Source: Eledone cirrhosa
Lineage: Eukaryota
Direction: 5' to 3'
Assembly: GCA_964016885.1 (NCBI GenBank)
Contig: OZ024743.1
Span: 219,046,001-219,110,000 of the forward strand
DNA length: 64,000 nucleotides
Shown here: one piece after another, positions 26,501-39,500 of the stretch
Layout of the letters: each line of letters opens with the position of its first letter
Numbering within the stretch: position 1 is the stretch's first letter
Notes under the pieces: model-generated
What the model saw: only the letters and a program-made list of their open reading frames with translations
What the model was told of the DNA's origin: nothing
The model's database searches: none
Position numbers and translations under genes: made by a program

Positions 26501-29500
26501 TCCAGGGACATAACAAAACAGGTAGAGGCAAAGCCAGGGCAAGTTATGCTTTTAAGCGAAATATATATATATATATAATATATAGATGGATCAATAAAAC
26601 AATAGAGGTAGTTCGAGTTAGTAATCGAATAATTAAGCTTAGATTAGTTGTAGGCAGGAGACTACTGACAATCATCTCTGCCTATGCTCCCCAAGCAGGC
26701 CTAGGCAAAGATGAGAAAGACTGCTTTTATGAGCAACTTTTACAAACAACTGCAATGACAGAAGACGAAGACATCGTTATGCTAGCAGGGGACTTCAATG
26801 GTCATGTTGGACAGCTCCAGGATGGTTACACTGGGGTACATGGTGGGCACAGTTACGGCTCAAGAAATGAAGTAGGAGTGAGACTTCTTGAATTTTGTGA
26901 TGCAAGTACACTGACTATTTGCAACACAAACTTCCAGAAACCTGCCAATCACCTAATAACCAAACAAATCTGGCGAGCACATAAGCCAGATTGACTTCTT
27001 ACTAGTTAGGCAGCGGGACAGGCAGATAGTGTCTAATACCAAGGCATACCCTGGGGAAGAATGTACCCCACAGATAGGTTAGTCGTTAGTGATATCTCAG
27101 TAAGCAAGAGATGGAATGAGACATACAGGAAGGTGTGGAGAAGAAAGGTCTGGAAGCTAAAAGACCTTTCACTAAAATACAAATTTAGGAAAGACCTTCA
27201 AGATGTATATGACGAAAAAGAAGACGATTTAGAGACGTATGACATAGATAATAACTGGAATTTCTTACATGACAACTTGCTGCAGGCTACTGATGAAACT
27301 TGTGGCTGGAGCAGAGCTCTAACCAGACAGAGAGTGACTTGGTGGTGGAACAGCACAGTAGATAAGGCCATTAGAGACAAAAAACTAGCATGGAAGGCTT
27401 GGGAAAAGGGTGGGAGTAGGGAAGAATATACAGCCGTTAAGAGAGAAGCTAGATGTCAGGTGTACTTAGCATGCAGGGAGGCTGAGAGTAGGAGGTTTGC
27501 CAATGTTCTGCGACGGGAAGATCAGAGGTGTGCGGTGTTCCACATTGCAAGGCAGTGTGTCAATGCAAATCAGGATGTTGTTGGAGATAAATGTGTCCAG
27601 AACGATGCCGGTGTACTTAGTGTCACGAATGATCAGAAAAAGGAGGCCTGGAAAAGTCATTATGAGAGACTGATGAATGTGGAGAACGAATGGGAGAGAG
27701 AGAAATTACCCTTAGTAGATCAGCGACCAGCTATTGAGATTGACGAATATAGGGTCCAAGAGGCAATTAAGGAAATGAAAAATGGTAAGGTTGCTGGACC
27801 ATCGGGAATAGTTGCTGAGATGCTGAAGGCATCAGGGGACGTAGGCACTAAGCTGGTTGCATGCATCATCAATCAGGCTATATATGGTGGTGTCATACCC
27901 AAAGACTGGTGCAGCAGTATTCTCATAAATTGCTACAAAGGTAAAGGGGATGCTCTGGAGAGGAGCAATTATAGGGGTATAAAACTGATGGATCAGGTTA
28001 TGAAAGTGGCAGAAAGGATATTAACACAACTAATTAGAGAAAGGGTCAAACTAGATGAGATGCAGTTTGGGTTTGTGCCTGGGAAGAGTACAACAGATGC
28101 CCTCTTCTTGGTGAGACAATTGCAAGAGAGGTTCTTAGAGAAAAATAAGCCACTATACTTAGCCTTTGTTGACCTAGAGAAGGCCTTTGATAGGGTACCC
28201 CGATCTGTCATCTGGTGGTCCCTAAGGAAACTAGGTGTTGAGGAATGGCTTGTGAGGACAGTGCAAACTTTGTACAGAGGTACTGTCAGTAAAGTCAGGG
28301 TAGGAATGGAGTTTAGTGAGGAATTCCAGATACAAGTAGGAGTACATCAAGGTTCGGTCCTCAGCCCGCTCTTGTTCATTATAGTCCTCCAAGCCATAAC
28401 AGAGGAGTTTAAGACTGGCTGTCCATGGGAACTTCTCTATGCTGACGATCTGGTTCTTATAACAGAATCAGTAGAGGAGCTAGAGAATAAATTCTGGCTA
28501 TGGAAACAGCAGTTGGAAGCAAGAGAATTGAGAGTGAACCTAGCTAAGACAAAAGTGTTGATGAGTAGAAAAGAGGACAAAACTCTGATTCCGTCAGGGA
28601 AATGGCCATGTTCGATATGCAGAAAAGGAACTGGCATAAATTCTATAAAATGTACACAATGCAGATCCTGGGTACACAAGAGATGTAGCGAGATAGCAGG
28701 CAAACTAACAGGTAGGGAGAAATATGTATGCAGTAGATGTACAGGGAAATTAGACAGTAGAAGTCGCATTGATAGACACATTTTTCAAATGCAGGCGGGT
28801 GCTATAGAAGTGGTGGATAGTTTCCGGTACCTAGGAGATCAGATTAGCATGGGAGGAGGGTGTTCCGAGGCCATAGTATCTAGAATAAGGACGGGTTGGA
28901 AGAAGTTTAGGGAGATGCTTCCTCTGCTGACGAAGAAGGGTTTCTCCCTGCGTACGAAAGGCCGGTTATATGATGTCTGTGTGAGGAGCGCGATGTTGCA
29001 TGATAGTGAGACATGGGCAGCAACTGCAGAGGATATGCGACGACTGAAGAGAAATGAGGCAAGCATGCTCCGTTGGATGTGCAGTGTCAATGTGTGAACG
29101 ACCCAGCATGAATGTGTTGAGAGAGAAACTGTGTCTGAGAGGGATAGAATGTAGTGTACAGGAGAGGAAACTGAGGTGGTATGGACATGTGATGCGCATG
29201 GAGGATGACCGATGGGTAAAGAAGTGCCAGGAAATGCCAGTTGAAGGAAGACGTGGTAGAGGTAGACCACGAAAAACATGGGCGGAGGTGGTGAGAACAG
29301 ACCTCAGATCGTTGAAGCTCACGGTAAAGATGACAAAGGACCGTGACAAGTGGAGAGATGCTGTGCTGAATAAGACCCGTCCCACCCTTGCAAGCAGGGA
29401 AGAGCGGACGTAAAATGATGATGATGATGATATATATATAAGAAATCAGCTGTTTTCAGACCTGGAGGGATGGGCTCCACCAGGTTTTGAAAATGCCCAA

Positions 29501-30466
29501 GACACACTGTATGTCACTATGCCCCACACACACATACAACTCCATCATACAAATTTCATTACCATTTCAGTCTTCATAGTATTTGTGTGTCTGGCAGATT
29601 TATACTGATTATTCAAGACGAGCTCATAGACAGAAAAGCCTATTATAATAGAGGGCTTTATCAAAGACTATTTAATAAGCTGCTGAGTACCTTTAGCAGA
29701 CTCCACCCTGCTGTTGGAAGTATTCGAACAAGATTTTGGTTTGAGGACCACCCATGAGTCATGGTTTCTTTGTCCTTTCCTCCACCAGAGTTAGAGGTTT
29801 AGAGGTCCTGCATAAAGATATGATTACTGCTGTTCCTCCTCTCACTGAACCTTATTTTAATAAACTTCAAATCCTTAAAGAAGTAAATAAAATCATTGAA
29901 TTTAATACAAAGAAGCTGGTAAAATAATATCCAATATATATATATATATATATTACTCAGCTGTAGAAATGAGATGATAGGGACTGGGTTCCATATCATT
30001 CCACTGCAAAGTGGTCGTGGAGGTGCCACGGCAAAAAAGCACCCAGCACTCACTGTAGAAATCAAGCCAGAATCAGTTCCCGTCCCACCCTTGCAAGCAG
30101 GGAAAAGCAGACGTAAAATGAAATGATGAAAAATGATTTCTTTTCTTTTATTGGTTTCAATCATTGAACTGTGGCTATGCAATCCCAATACTTGTGAAGA
30201 TAAAGGAAAAGTAGCAGAATTTAAATTTAGAATGTAAAGATCTAACAAAATACCAGTCCACCATCCACCCTCCCAATATACTGTATATAAAGAAATATTT
30301 AATTCAAACCTTGATGAAGGCACTCTTCTGAAATATTTTCAAGGGTGTTCCTGTTAATTTTAGCTTTTTAACAATTTCATTTGATTTATCTGCTTCCAAA
30401 ACAACACCAGTGGCAGCAATACAGAAACCTGGCTGAAATTAAAATGAAGTAAAACATCACACATAA

Positions 30467-30505
<39 letters not shown>

Positions 30506-33500
30506 CATTTATGAACTCATCTCGAACACCATATCTCTCAGCTAGCTGTCATGGTCCCTTACCTTAATGGTTAAAGTATCTAGACGGTATCTGGGAGATA
30601 TGGAGGTCAATTCATCACTGTGGCCAATGGCAACTTCTTTTTCCACCTTTTAAAAGTCTTCACCCTATTTTATAGCATCTATGCACTTGAGTATATCATC
30701 TTTTATACTAATGTGTGTGTGTGTGTATATTAATTATATATATATATATATATATGGAGGCTTAGTGGTTAGAGCATTGGCCTTGCAATCAAAAGGTTGT
30801 GAGTTCAATTCTCAGACCGGGTGATGTGTTGTTTCCTTGAGCAAGACACTTTATTTCACATTGCTCCAGTTTACTCAGCTGTAGAAATGAGATGATAGGG
30901 GTCCATATCATTTCACTGCAAAGTGGTCGTGGAGGTGCCACGGGAAAAAAAAAAGCACCCAGCACTCACTGTAAAATGAGGTTGGTGTTAGGAAGGGCAT
31001 CCATCTGTAGAAATCAAGTCAGAATCAGTTCCCGTCCCACCCTTGCAAGCAGGGAAAAACGGAAGTAAAATGATGATGATGATGATGATGATACACTGTA
31101 AATATGGTTGGCATTAGGAAAGGCATCCAGCCGTAGAAATCAAGCCAGAAACAGTTCTGAATGAGCAAAACATGACTACCTGACCTGACTTGCCTCAAAT
31201 GGGACAACCCATCTAACCCATGCTAACAAGGAAAATAGATGTTAAACAGTGATGATGGTGGTGGTGGTGGTGGCGGCGCCGCCGCCGCCGCCGTCATCAT
31301 CATCAAGAGAGAGATAGATCAATAGCTGAAAGACTTACTGAAGAATTATCCAAAGTCTCTATAGCCAAGATACCAGTGCCTTGAGGAACAATTGGTCCTG
31401 TAAAAAAAAATCAAATATCCATAAAGTATAACAACATAGTATAAAAATTCCAACATATCCATGAATCATTGTCATCAAAATTTTATGTACATATGCTTTC
31501 TATATTGGCATGGGTTGGACTAAGGTTATTTAAGATATCATATGACCGGAAAATGGTCACCCTATGATTCCCCCTTTCATACTATCTCCTCATTTTATAT
31601 CTTGGCCATCAATCTCCGTCACTGTCCAACCCATGCAAGCATGGAAAAACAGATGTAAAAATGATGATGACGATAATGATGATAACAGTGACAATTATGG
31701 AGGTGATGGTGATAATAATGATGATGATGATAATAATTTACACAATAAAGGGATTGCAATAAACATTTAGCTTACCCCAAAACATGGTGTTACAATGTAG
31801 GTGTTCTGGTGTGTACTTCAAAAGACGGTTCCTGTAGTTATGGTCTTGGATATAATAAGCTGGTAGTGTTTGGAATCTTCGCCAGCCAACGGACATAATA
31901 ACAGGGTTTCTGGATTTTAAGATTTTCTTATACCAACGATGTTTCTTAAAGCGAGCCTAGATAAACAAGGAAAGTAACATTATTTATTTGGATTGGCAGT
32001 ATCGGTAGAGGATCAGACATTTTGCTTTGCAGCATGAAATTATGGCCCTTTACGTTCTGGGTTCAAATACCACCAAGGTTAACTTAGCCTTTCATTCTCA
32101 CGGGGTCGATAAAATAAAGTACCAGTAATGCACTGGGTATTTGTTGGTCTTGTTCCAAAAGTAGAAACAATTATTTATTTGGATATTCTATGAGGGTCAG
32201 CTGAAAAGTTCATAGACTGACCAAGATACTTTCATGTATTAACCAAACGAGGTATATTTTTCAACATAGTCTCTAGAAAGAAACAATGCAGTTATTAATA
32301 AGAGTTGAAATTAATGCATGCAAGATTTCACAGCTCTAGCATCATTCCTTTATAGTCAGTCTATGAAGTATTCAGCCTAACATCATTCATGTACATGAGA
32401 ATAAAAATGCAAGACTATTATATTTATGTATATGTAAAAACCTCAAAGTATGAGAACCTTTGTTAAATTATCATAAACATCAGCTTAATAATGAGAAAGT
32501 TAGTTATATTATTAAATCTCTTCAAATTCTTAATTATTTTCAAAATAATTAAAAAACTATAGGCAATGTCTTTCACTAGAAATATGGTAATGAAAGGATT
32601 AAGAAGTACTTACTCTGACAAAGCCAATATTTTCCTCAATGTTCTGAATACCTCCAACAATAATAGGATAGCTTGGATCAAAATGCTGGATAAGTTCACT
32701 GGGCATATTTTTTATTTCTATTCGAAGGTACATTCCAGGACGATAGCCTTCATATTGAACACGGAGTTCATCAGGAAGATTTGTAAATTCTTCTTTATTT
32801 AGCTAAAATTTTAAACAAAAATATTTTGATAATACTACATATCAACAAGAATGGTAAAATTGAGACAAGCTGCAAAAGGTTGAGTATATCATATCAGATG
32901 TGCATTATATAGATTGAGAGAATATGATGAAGTGGATTTTTAAAATGCTGGGAGATGGTAAAAGAGAATACACAAGCAGAACACAGATACACAAAAGTGC
33001 TGTACTTTGGGTCTATTCCGTACATGCCAGCACATTAACCCTTTAGCATTTAAACCAGCCATATCAGGCCAGAATTCTCTCACCTCTTTCTCAAAACTTA
33101 TGTTAGGTATTGTTCTCAAAATAAATATCAAAATCTCATAGATTCAATATTATGTGAGATAATTATGTAAGATAAAGCCTTTACTATGAAAATATAATAG
33201 TATATATATAGAGTAATGTAAATGCTAAAGGGTTAAATGCCTTTAGCAGAGTCTATTTTATTGTAAGCATTCAGGCCAAGTCTCCAGTTTAAGGATACCT
33301 CCCTCCCTCAGACCAGTCATACTATGCAATAAAAAAAAATATAGTCCTGAATATGGAATAGTCATGACTGGAGTGTCTTTGATCATGTCTAAGCAAGCTA
33401 CGTCACACTTGGCTTTTTGAAAGGTACACTTAATTAAAAATTACCTTAATTTTTTTTAGTAAGGTGGTCTGCCTTATAATGAGCCATATCTCATGTGGCC

Positions 33501-36500
33501 CACACTGTTTGACAAAGATGAACCATGCCTGGTTTAGAACAAAGTACAGAGTATTACTGTTTCTACAAGCAATGAGATTCATATGTAAAACACCAAATTT
33601 TTACACATGAACAGTTTCAGGCAGGTTGGTAATTGAAAGAGTTAATAAACAATCACATAAGATGTATTGCAATATTACTAACTCCTACACCATTTACTGT
33701 ATTTGCTGGCCTATTGGACGCCCTCTCGTATATGATGCACCCTAGTTTTACAAGGACATTTTGAGAAAAAAAGAATTTTAGTAAATTCCTTCATGAATTT
33801 ATTAAAAATTATTTCATTGTTTTTTCAGTAACTCTTATAAAGTTTGTCATCATTTTGTTTATATAAATTGTACTGTATTAGTAATACTAATAGTAATATA
33901 AACTAATTTTTTTTAACCACGATTGTCCTCATCCTCCTCAGTGATATAGGCATTTTGGACACTGGGAAGATTATTTAGATGTTTTTTTATTTTAAAAGTG
34001 CATCCAATACAATGACAAATATGGTTCTTACCTTTGCTTGTGATTCTGCCTCACTTTTCCAGGTTTCATAAAACTCATCATCACCTTTATTGTCGTAACT
34101 TTTATCAAACATTTCTTTCAACTTAACTTTCTCCTCCATTCGTTTTTCTTCAGTTGTTTTAGGATCATCTAAAACACGTTTACAAAAAAGTCTGACTAAA
34201 CTTTCAGATTATTTCTATATTATGTTTTTTATGAATTACTTCATGGCGCGAAGTGACTGAACAAACAAGACAGGACGCCCATCCATCACAGGGTTAAACC
34301 TCCAGCTTTTGCTGGTACTCATTTTCAGCTGAGTATACTGGATCAATGCGAAATGAAGTGTTTTGTTCAAGGACACAACACTAAACCCAGTCAGGGATTG
34401 AACCCATAACATTATGATTGTAAGTCCAACACCCTTACCACTAGGCCACGTGCCTCCACTAATCCTCAGGAATAGGTTAAACTTAATAGAGTTACCATTA
34501 CCTTCATCATCTTCATTTGCTTCATTTTTCCCGTTAGTATCATTTTGAGATTTTCCTTTGTATGAGTCTCCTGTTTCAAGATCTTCAAAATCCCCAAACA
34601 TTTCATCTAAAAAGTATTTCAATAATGTTGATTAGTAGAAAAACGATGAGCTTAAGATTCACAAGAAAACAATACTCTATTGGTCTTTACATTGTTGATA
34701 CAATCTACAGATCACAATTTCTGACAGAAAGAGGCAGGATTTGAACTCAGAATACACATAGCCAAACCAAATATTGAATAACATCCCATCCAACTCTTTT
34801 ATAATTCCATCTGCACCCAAATTCAAATTTCCCAGGACAAAAAAAGCAGAACAAATATGTATTATATCTGAAAACCACACAATGAAACTCTATATAGGGC
34901 ATAGAGATAAAACAACACATCAAAGGAACTTCTACACAATCACTTGACTTGCAAGAAACAATCATCAAATCTCCCTCAAATTACTCTCTACCACATTAAA
35001 ATAAAATGGTCTTAATGAATAATGTAGTCCGCACCACAAAATGCTGGAAAAAAAGACAAGATGTGTATGGTAGGAATGTCACCGATCATAGATCTACTGA
35101 AATCAGGACTGACATAGGTCTAAATGACAATAGATCAATATACAAATCAAAATTAAAGCTTGTATGCAGTCACTCAAATTGCTAGAAAGAGAGACAAGTA
35201 ACATTCTGATATCTTAAAAAAAAGAAGACAATAATAGATAATGTAAACCTAGATACCCCTAAAAAGACAAGGATGGTTAAGATCAAGACTATTACAAGAC
35301 ACATCTAGGTATAAATAGATTACTAAGTTGTAATGTACTATTCACTACACCAGACTTACCATCTTCCTCTAATAATGTAGTAGCAGCATCTCCAAAATTT
35401 CTTTTACCAGTTATAAAGCAATCACGTATTTGGTCTTTGGTCTGAAATAACAAACATTTGCATAAATAAGTTGTATACACACACACGATAATATATATAT
35501 AATAATACAAGGACGATTAGTTAAGCCTTCATTACGTTTATTGGTTGGTGACGTGTATTTCGCTATTGATCAGCTGTATTAATCTGGCCCGACTCTGGAA
35601 TCAGAGCCAGGCCAGATCAATACAGATCAAACCATAGCTGATCAATAGCAAAACGCACGTCACCAACCAATAAACGTAATGAAGGCTTAACCAATCGTCC
35701 TTGTATTATTATATTACACTCTAAGGTGGTGGATTGGCAGTATCGGTAGAGCGTCAGACACCATGCTTTGCAGCATAGAGTTACGACCCTTTATGATCTG
35801 AGTTCAAATCCCGCCGAGGTTAACTTTGCCTTTCATCCTTACGGGGTCGATAAAATAAAGTACCAGTCACGTACTGGGGTCGATTTAATCGACTTTCCCC
35901 TCCCCCAAAATTGCTGGCCTTGTGTCTATACTAGAAACCATTATTATATTACACTCTGTTTATCTCTACACCTCGATACTGATGTGAACCTAAACAATGA
36001 TTGCTCACCTGAGTGAACCTACAGTAACTTCATGTTACACTCCCTGGAGGTATATATATATTTATGAGGTGATAAAAGCGGACCTTGCATAATTGCATTT
36101 CTTTGGTGTTATGCAGTAATATAGAAGACTAGGCTTCCCATGCAGACGGGTTGAAACATACATCTGGTATGCACCAGCCCACACTGTAAAGTGATTGTGT
36201 TGATGACAATAAAAGGCACCCAATCCATACTGTAAATGTGGTTGGTGTTAGGAAAGGCCTTCAACCATAGAAAACAAGCCAAAATCAGTTCTGTATGAGA
36301 AAAACAGTCATCTGACCCAACTCGCCTCAAACAGAATAACCCGTCTAACCCATGCTAGCATGGAAAATAGACGTTAAACGATGATGATGATGATGATGAT
36401 GGAATCCAGCTCAAATAATTTTTGTAAATGCTTGTTTATGCAGAACCATTTAATCCATGGCAGCACTGAAAAAGCAATACATAAGATTGCAGAAAAATAT

Positions 36501-39500
36501 AAATAATAATGATAATAATAATAATAATAATAATGAAATTATTGTGTAAAGTGCTCAGGTGCACTACAACTCGTCAATATAGTACATAGAATAATACACA
36601 AATGTCAGGGAAGTACATGTTTGTATGTGTTAGCTGTAGTGTTGGCGGATCTCGGGAAGCATGGAGGCCTTAAAGGATGCAGTGTCTCGACAGCTAACAA
36701 CTGATGCAGGTAGTTTGTTCCATGCTTCACCAACTCTGAGCGGGAAAAAATGTTTCCGAAAGTCATGGGAACTGTGCTGTTTTCTTACTTTGTGGGCATG
36801 TCCACGTGTGTTAGACACATGGAAATCGAAAAGGCACTCAGGGTTGTTGTTGGCAACATGGTTAACAATTTTGTGGATGTTTACCAAGTCAGTTGCCAGG
36901 CGTCGGAGCTTCAATGAATCCATGCCCAGGGAAGCAAGGCGCTCAGAGTATAGTAGATGCCTGATGGAGGGTATTCGCTTGGTTGCACGTCTCTGAACAG
37001 TTTCCAGGCGGTCAATGTCCTGAGCAAGATAGGGGTTCCAGACTGGTGATGCAAATTCTAAGTGTGGTCGCACCATAGCTGTATACAGCCTTAAATAGAT
37101 ATCTGGAGAGCGGCTGACAAAGGTCTTGCTGAGTGATGCTAAGACACCCTCGGCCCTCTTGACAATTTTAGAGACGTGCCTCGTCCAACGCAAATCGCTG
37201 CTGACCGTAATGCCCAGGTCATATCTACCTATCTAACCACCAATATCATTATGGTTTTTACATCCCCTTTTCCGTAAGCTGTCTAGGAGAGTAGATACTC
37301 CAAATATAAACTGATACAGGATGGAGAGGACTCTTGAGTCCAGTAACACAACCTCTCTAGTGCTAGTGGCACGAATAATGCACCCAGTCTACGCTGTACA
37401 GTGGTTGGTGATAGGAAGGGCATCAATTGACCAGGATGGTTTGAGACAATGCTTTACAGTTGAAAGTCCTTCTTAAATTCAACTGTTTTAGTCACCTCTT
37501 ACGACATGCAGCGATACAATGTATCTAATCTGAAAACCAGAATAATCATGTATAAAAAACTATAAAAACCTCATTGAGACTCCAGTCCTGTATTTTGTGC
37601 ACAATAATCTTAGAACAGTCTATGTTATGGCAGTTCTTGCGAGACTGATTTTCAGCAGCTTTCTTGTTTATTAATTTGAAGAGACCACCAATCTTTTCGT
37701 CATCACTGTTTTCCTCAGGTGCATCTTCTTCATCTATAGAAAGTAATGAATTAATTAATTAAAATATTTTTAACTTGAATATTTTTTTTACTAAAAGACC
37801 AATAAGTTTTAAAATGATAACAAATAAAACAACAAAGTAATGTTTTCTCCAGTATATATATATATATATTATATATACACATTTGGACATGAGTCTACAT
37901 GTGTAAGCACATATCTAAGGAGGTTTCGATTCCAGAGTCAGGATCGAACATAATCGATTGTTCCTCAAGCTGTTTGGCAATGAAACATATGTAATATGTG
38001 AAATATGTATATGATACAACACTGATTCTTTGTTCCCTAATTATTATTATATACATATATGTATATATAAAGTAGTATAGTTAATACGAAACATTGTGAG
38101 ATATGTAATAAAAGACTGATTAATTTCAAAAAGAGGTACAATACAGAAGAAATATATAAAGAGTAAATGACGACAAATAAAACAAAACAAAGTAATGTTT
38201 TACCCTGTATATTTCAACATAATATTACAGGGTTATTACCCTCTTTTCAAATGTGAAGCAGAAACGGTTCAAAACAAAAACAAACGATCAATGTGTTCTT
38301 CCTTAACTGGCCTATGTGTCTGAATATATGTATACATGAAGTCATTAGAGTAGCCAATCTGCTTCATGCATTTCCAATCTATTATTTATGTTTAGTCATG
38401 TAAAGTGAAGGCCTATGCGGGCTACCAATCAAGTATTTTCTCAACCCTAAGCAGGATTTAAAATCAGAACACAAGCAAGGAACTTCATCCAATCATCCAA
38501 GAATTTTAAGATAATGGCTATCAAATGGGATTAGAAAAAGAACAAAACAATAGAAATATATACTAGCAAGAGATAATAATACTTACCATCTCCATAAATC
38601 AGTTTCCTGAAGTTTTTTTTCTCTGAACGTCGTTGCTTGAAGGCAAGAGAAGCCTTCTTCAATAAGTCAGATTTCCAATGAAGATGTCCTATTTTAATAT
38701 AAATATGAAATCAATAAATTATTCCCATATAATAAAATTCTAGTTAATGCTAAAAAAACAATCAATTATTGCTTCAGTAATACGATAAAATCATAAGCAG
38801 TGTCTTTAATTAAAAATATGAAGTGACAGAAGAAGACACTTGCAATGGGATTGAAACCAAAACCACAAATGTGCCAAATAAACTTCTTAATCACATAATT
38901 ATGTTAGTGCCTAAGCCCAAGCATAATAAACAAATTAATCTTTTAAAGTACATGAAGGTCAACTGAAAAGTTAATAGGCTACTATGACAGAGTGATGCTA
39001 GAGCTGTGAAATCTTACATGCATTAATTTCAACTGCATTATTTCTTTCTAGGGACTATGTTGAAAAATAAACCTCATTTGGTCAGCCAATGAACTTTTCA
39101 GCTGGCCCCCGTAAAGTAAATTCGGAATAAACATCCACCTTTTTCTTGACTATGACTATCATCAAAATTCAAATCTTCAACACCACTTTCTTGAGAGCTG
39201 CCATCATCATCATCGTCGTCAGCCTCATCTTCCTCATCAGATGATGAAGAATCAGATGACACTGCAGTAATCTCTTCAGGTAATTTTGTAGATTTAGTTA
39301 TCTGGAATAAAATATCAGTAAGTTAGTCATAATAATTATTTCTACTTTAGGCACAAGGCCTGCAAATATCCAGTACATATTACTGGTACTTTATTTTATC
39401 GACCCCATAAGGATGAAAGGCAAAGTTAACCTTGGCGGGATTTGAACTCAGACCGTAAAGGGACGTAACTATGCTAGAAAGCATGGCTTTACCGATACTG

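Noticed and set aside
30757-30820. tRNA-like sequences
   Set aside because: These are SINE heads followed by SINE bodies; no full cloverleaf or acceptor stem.
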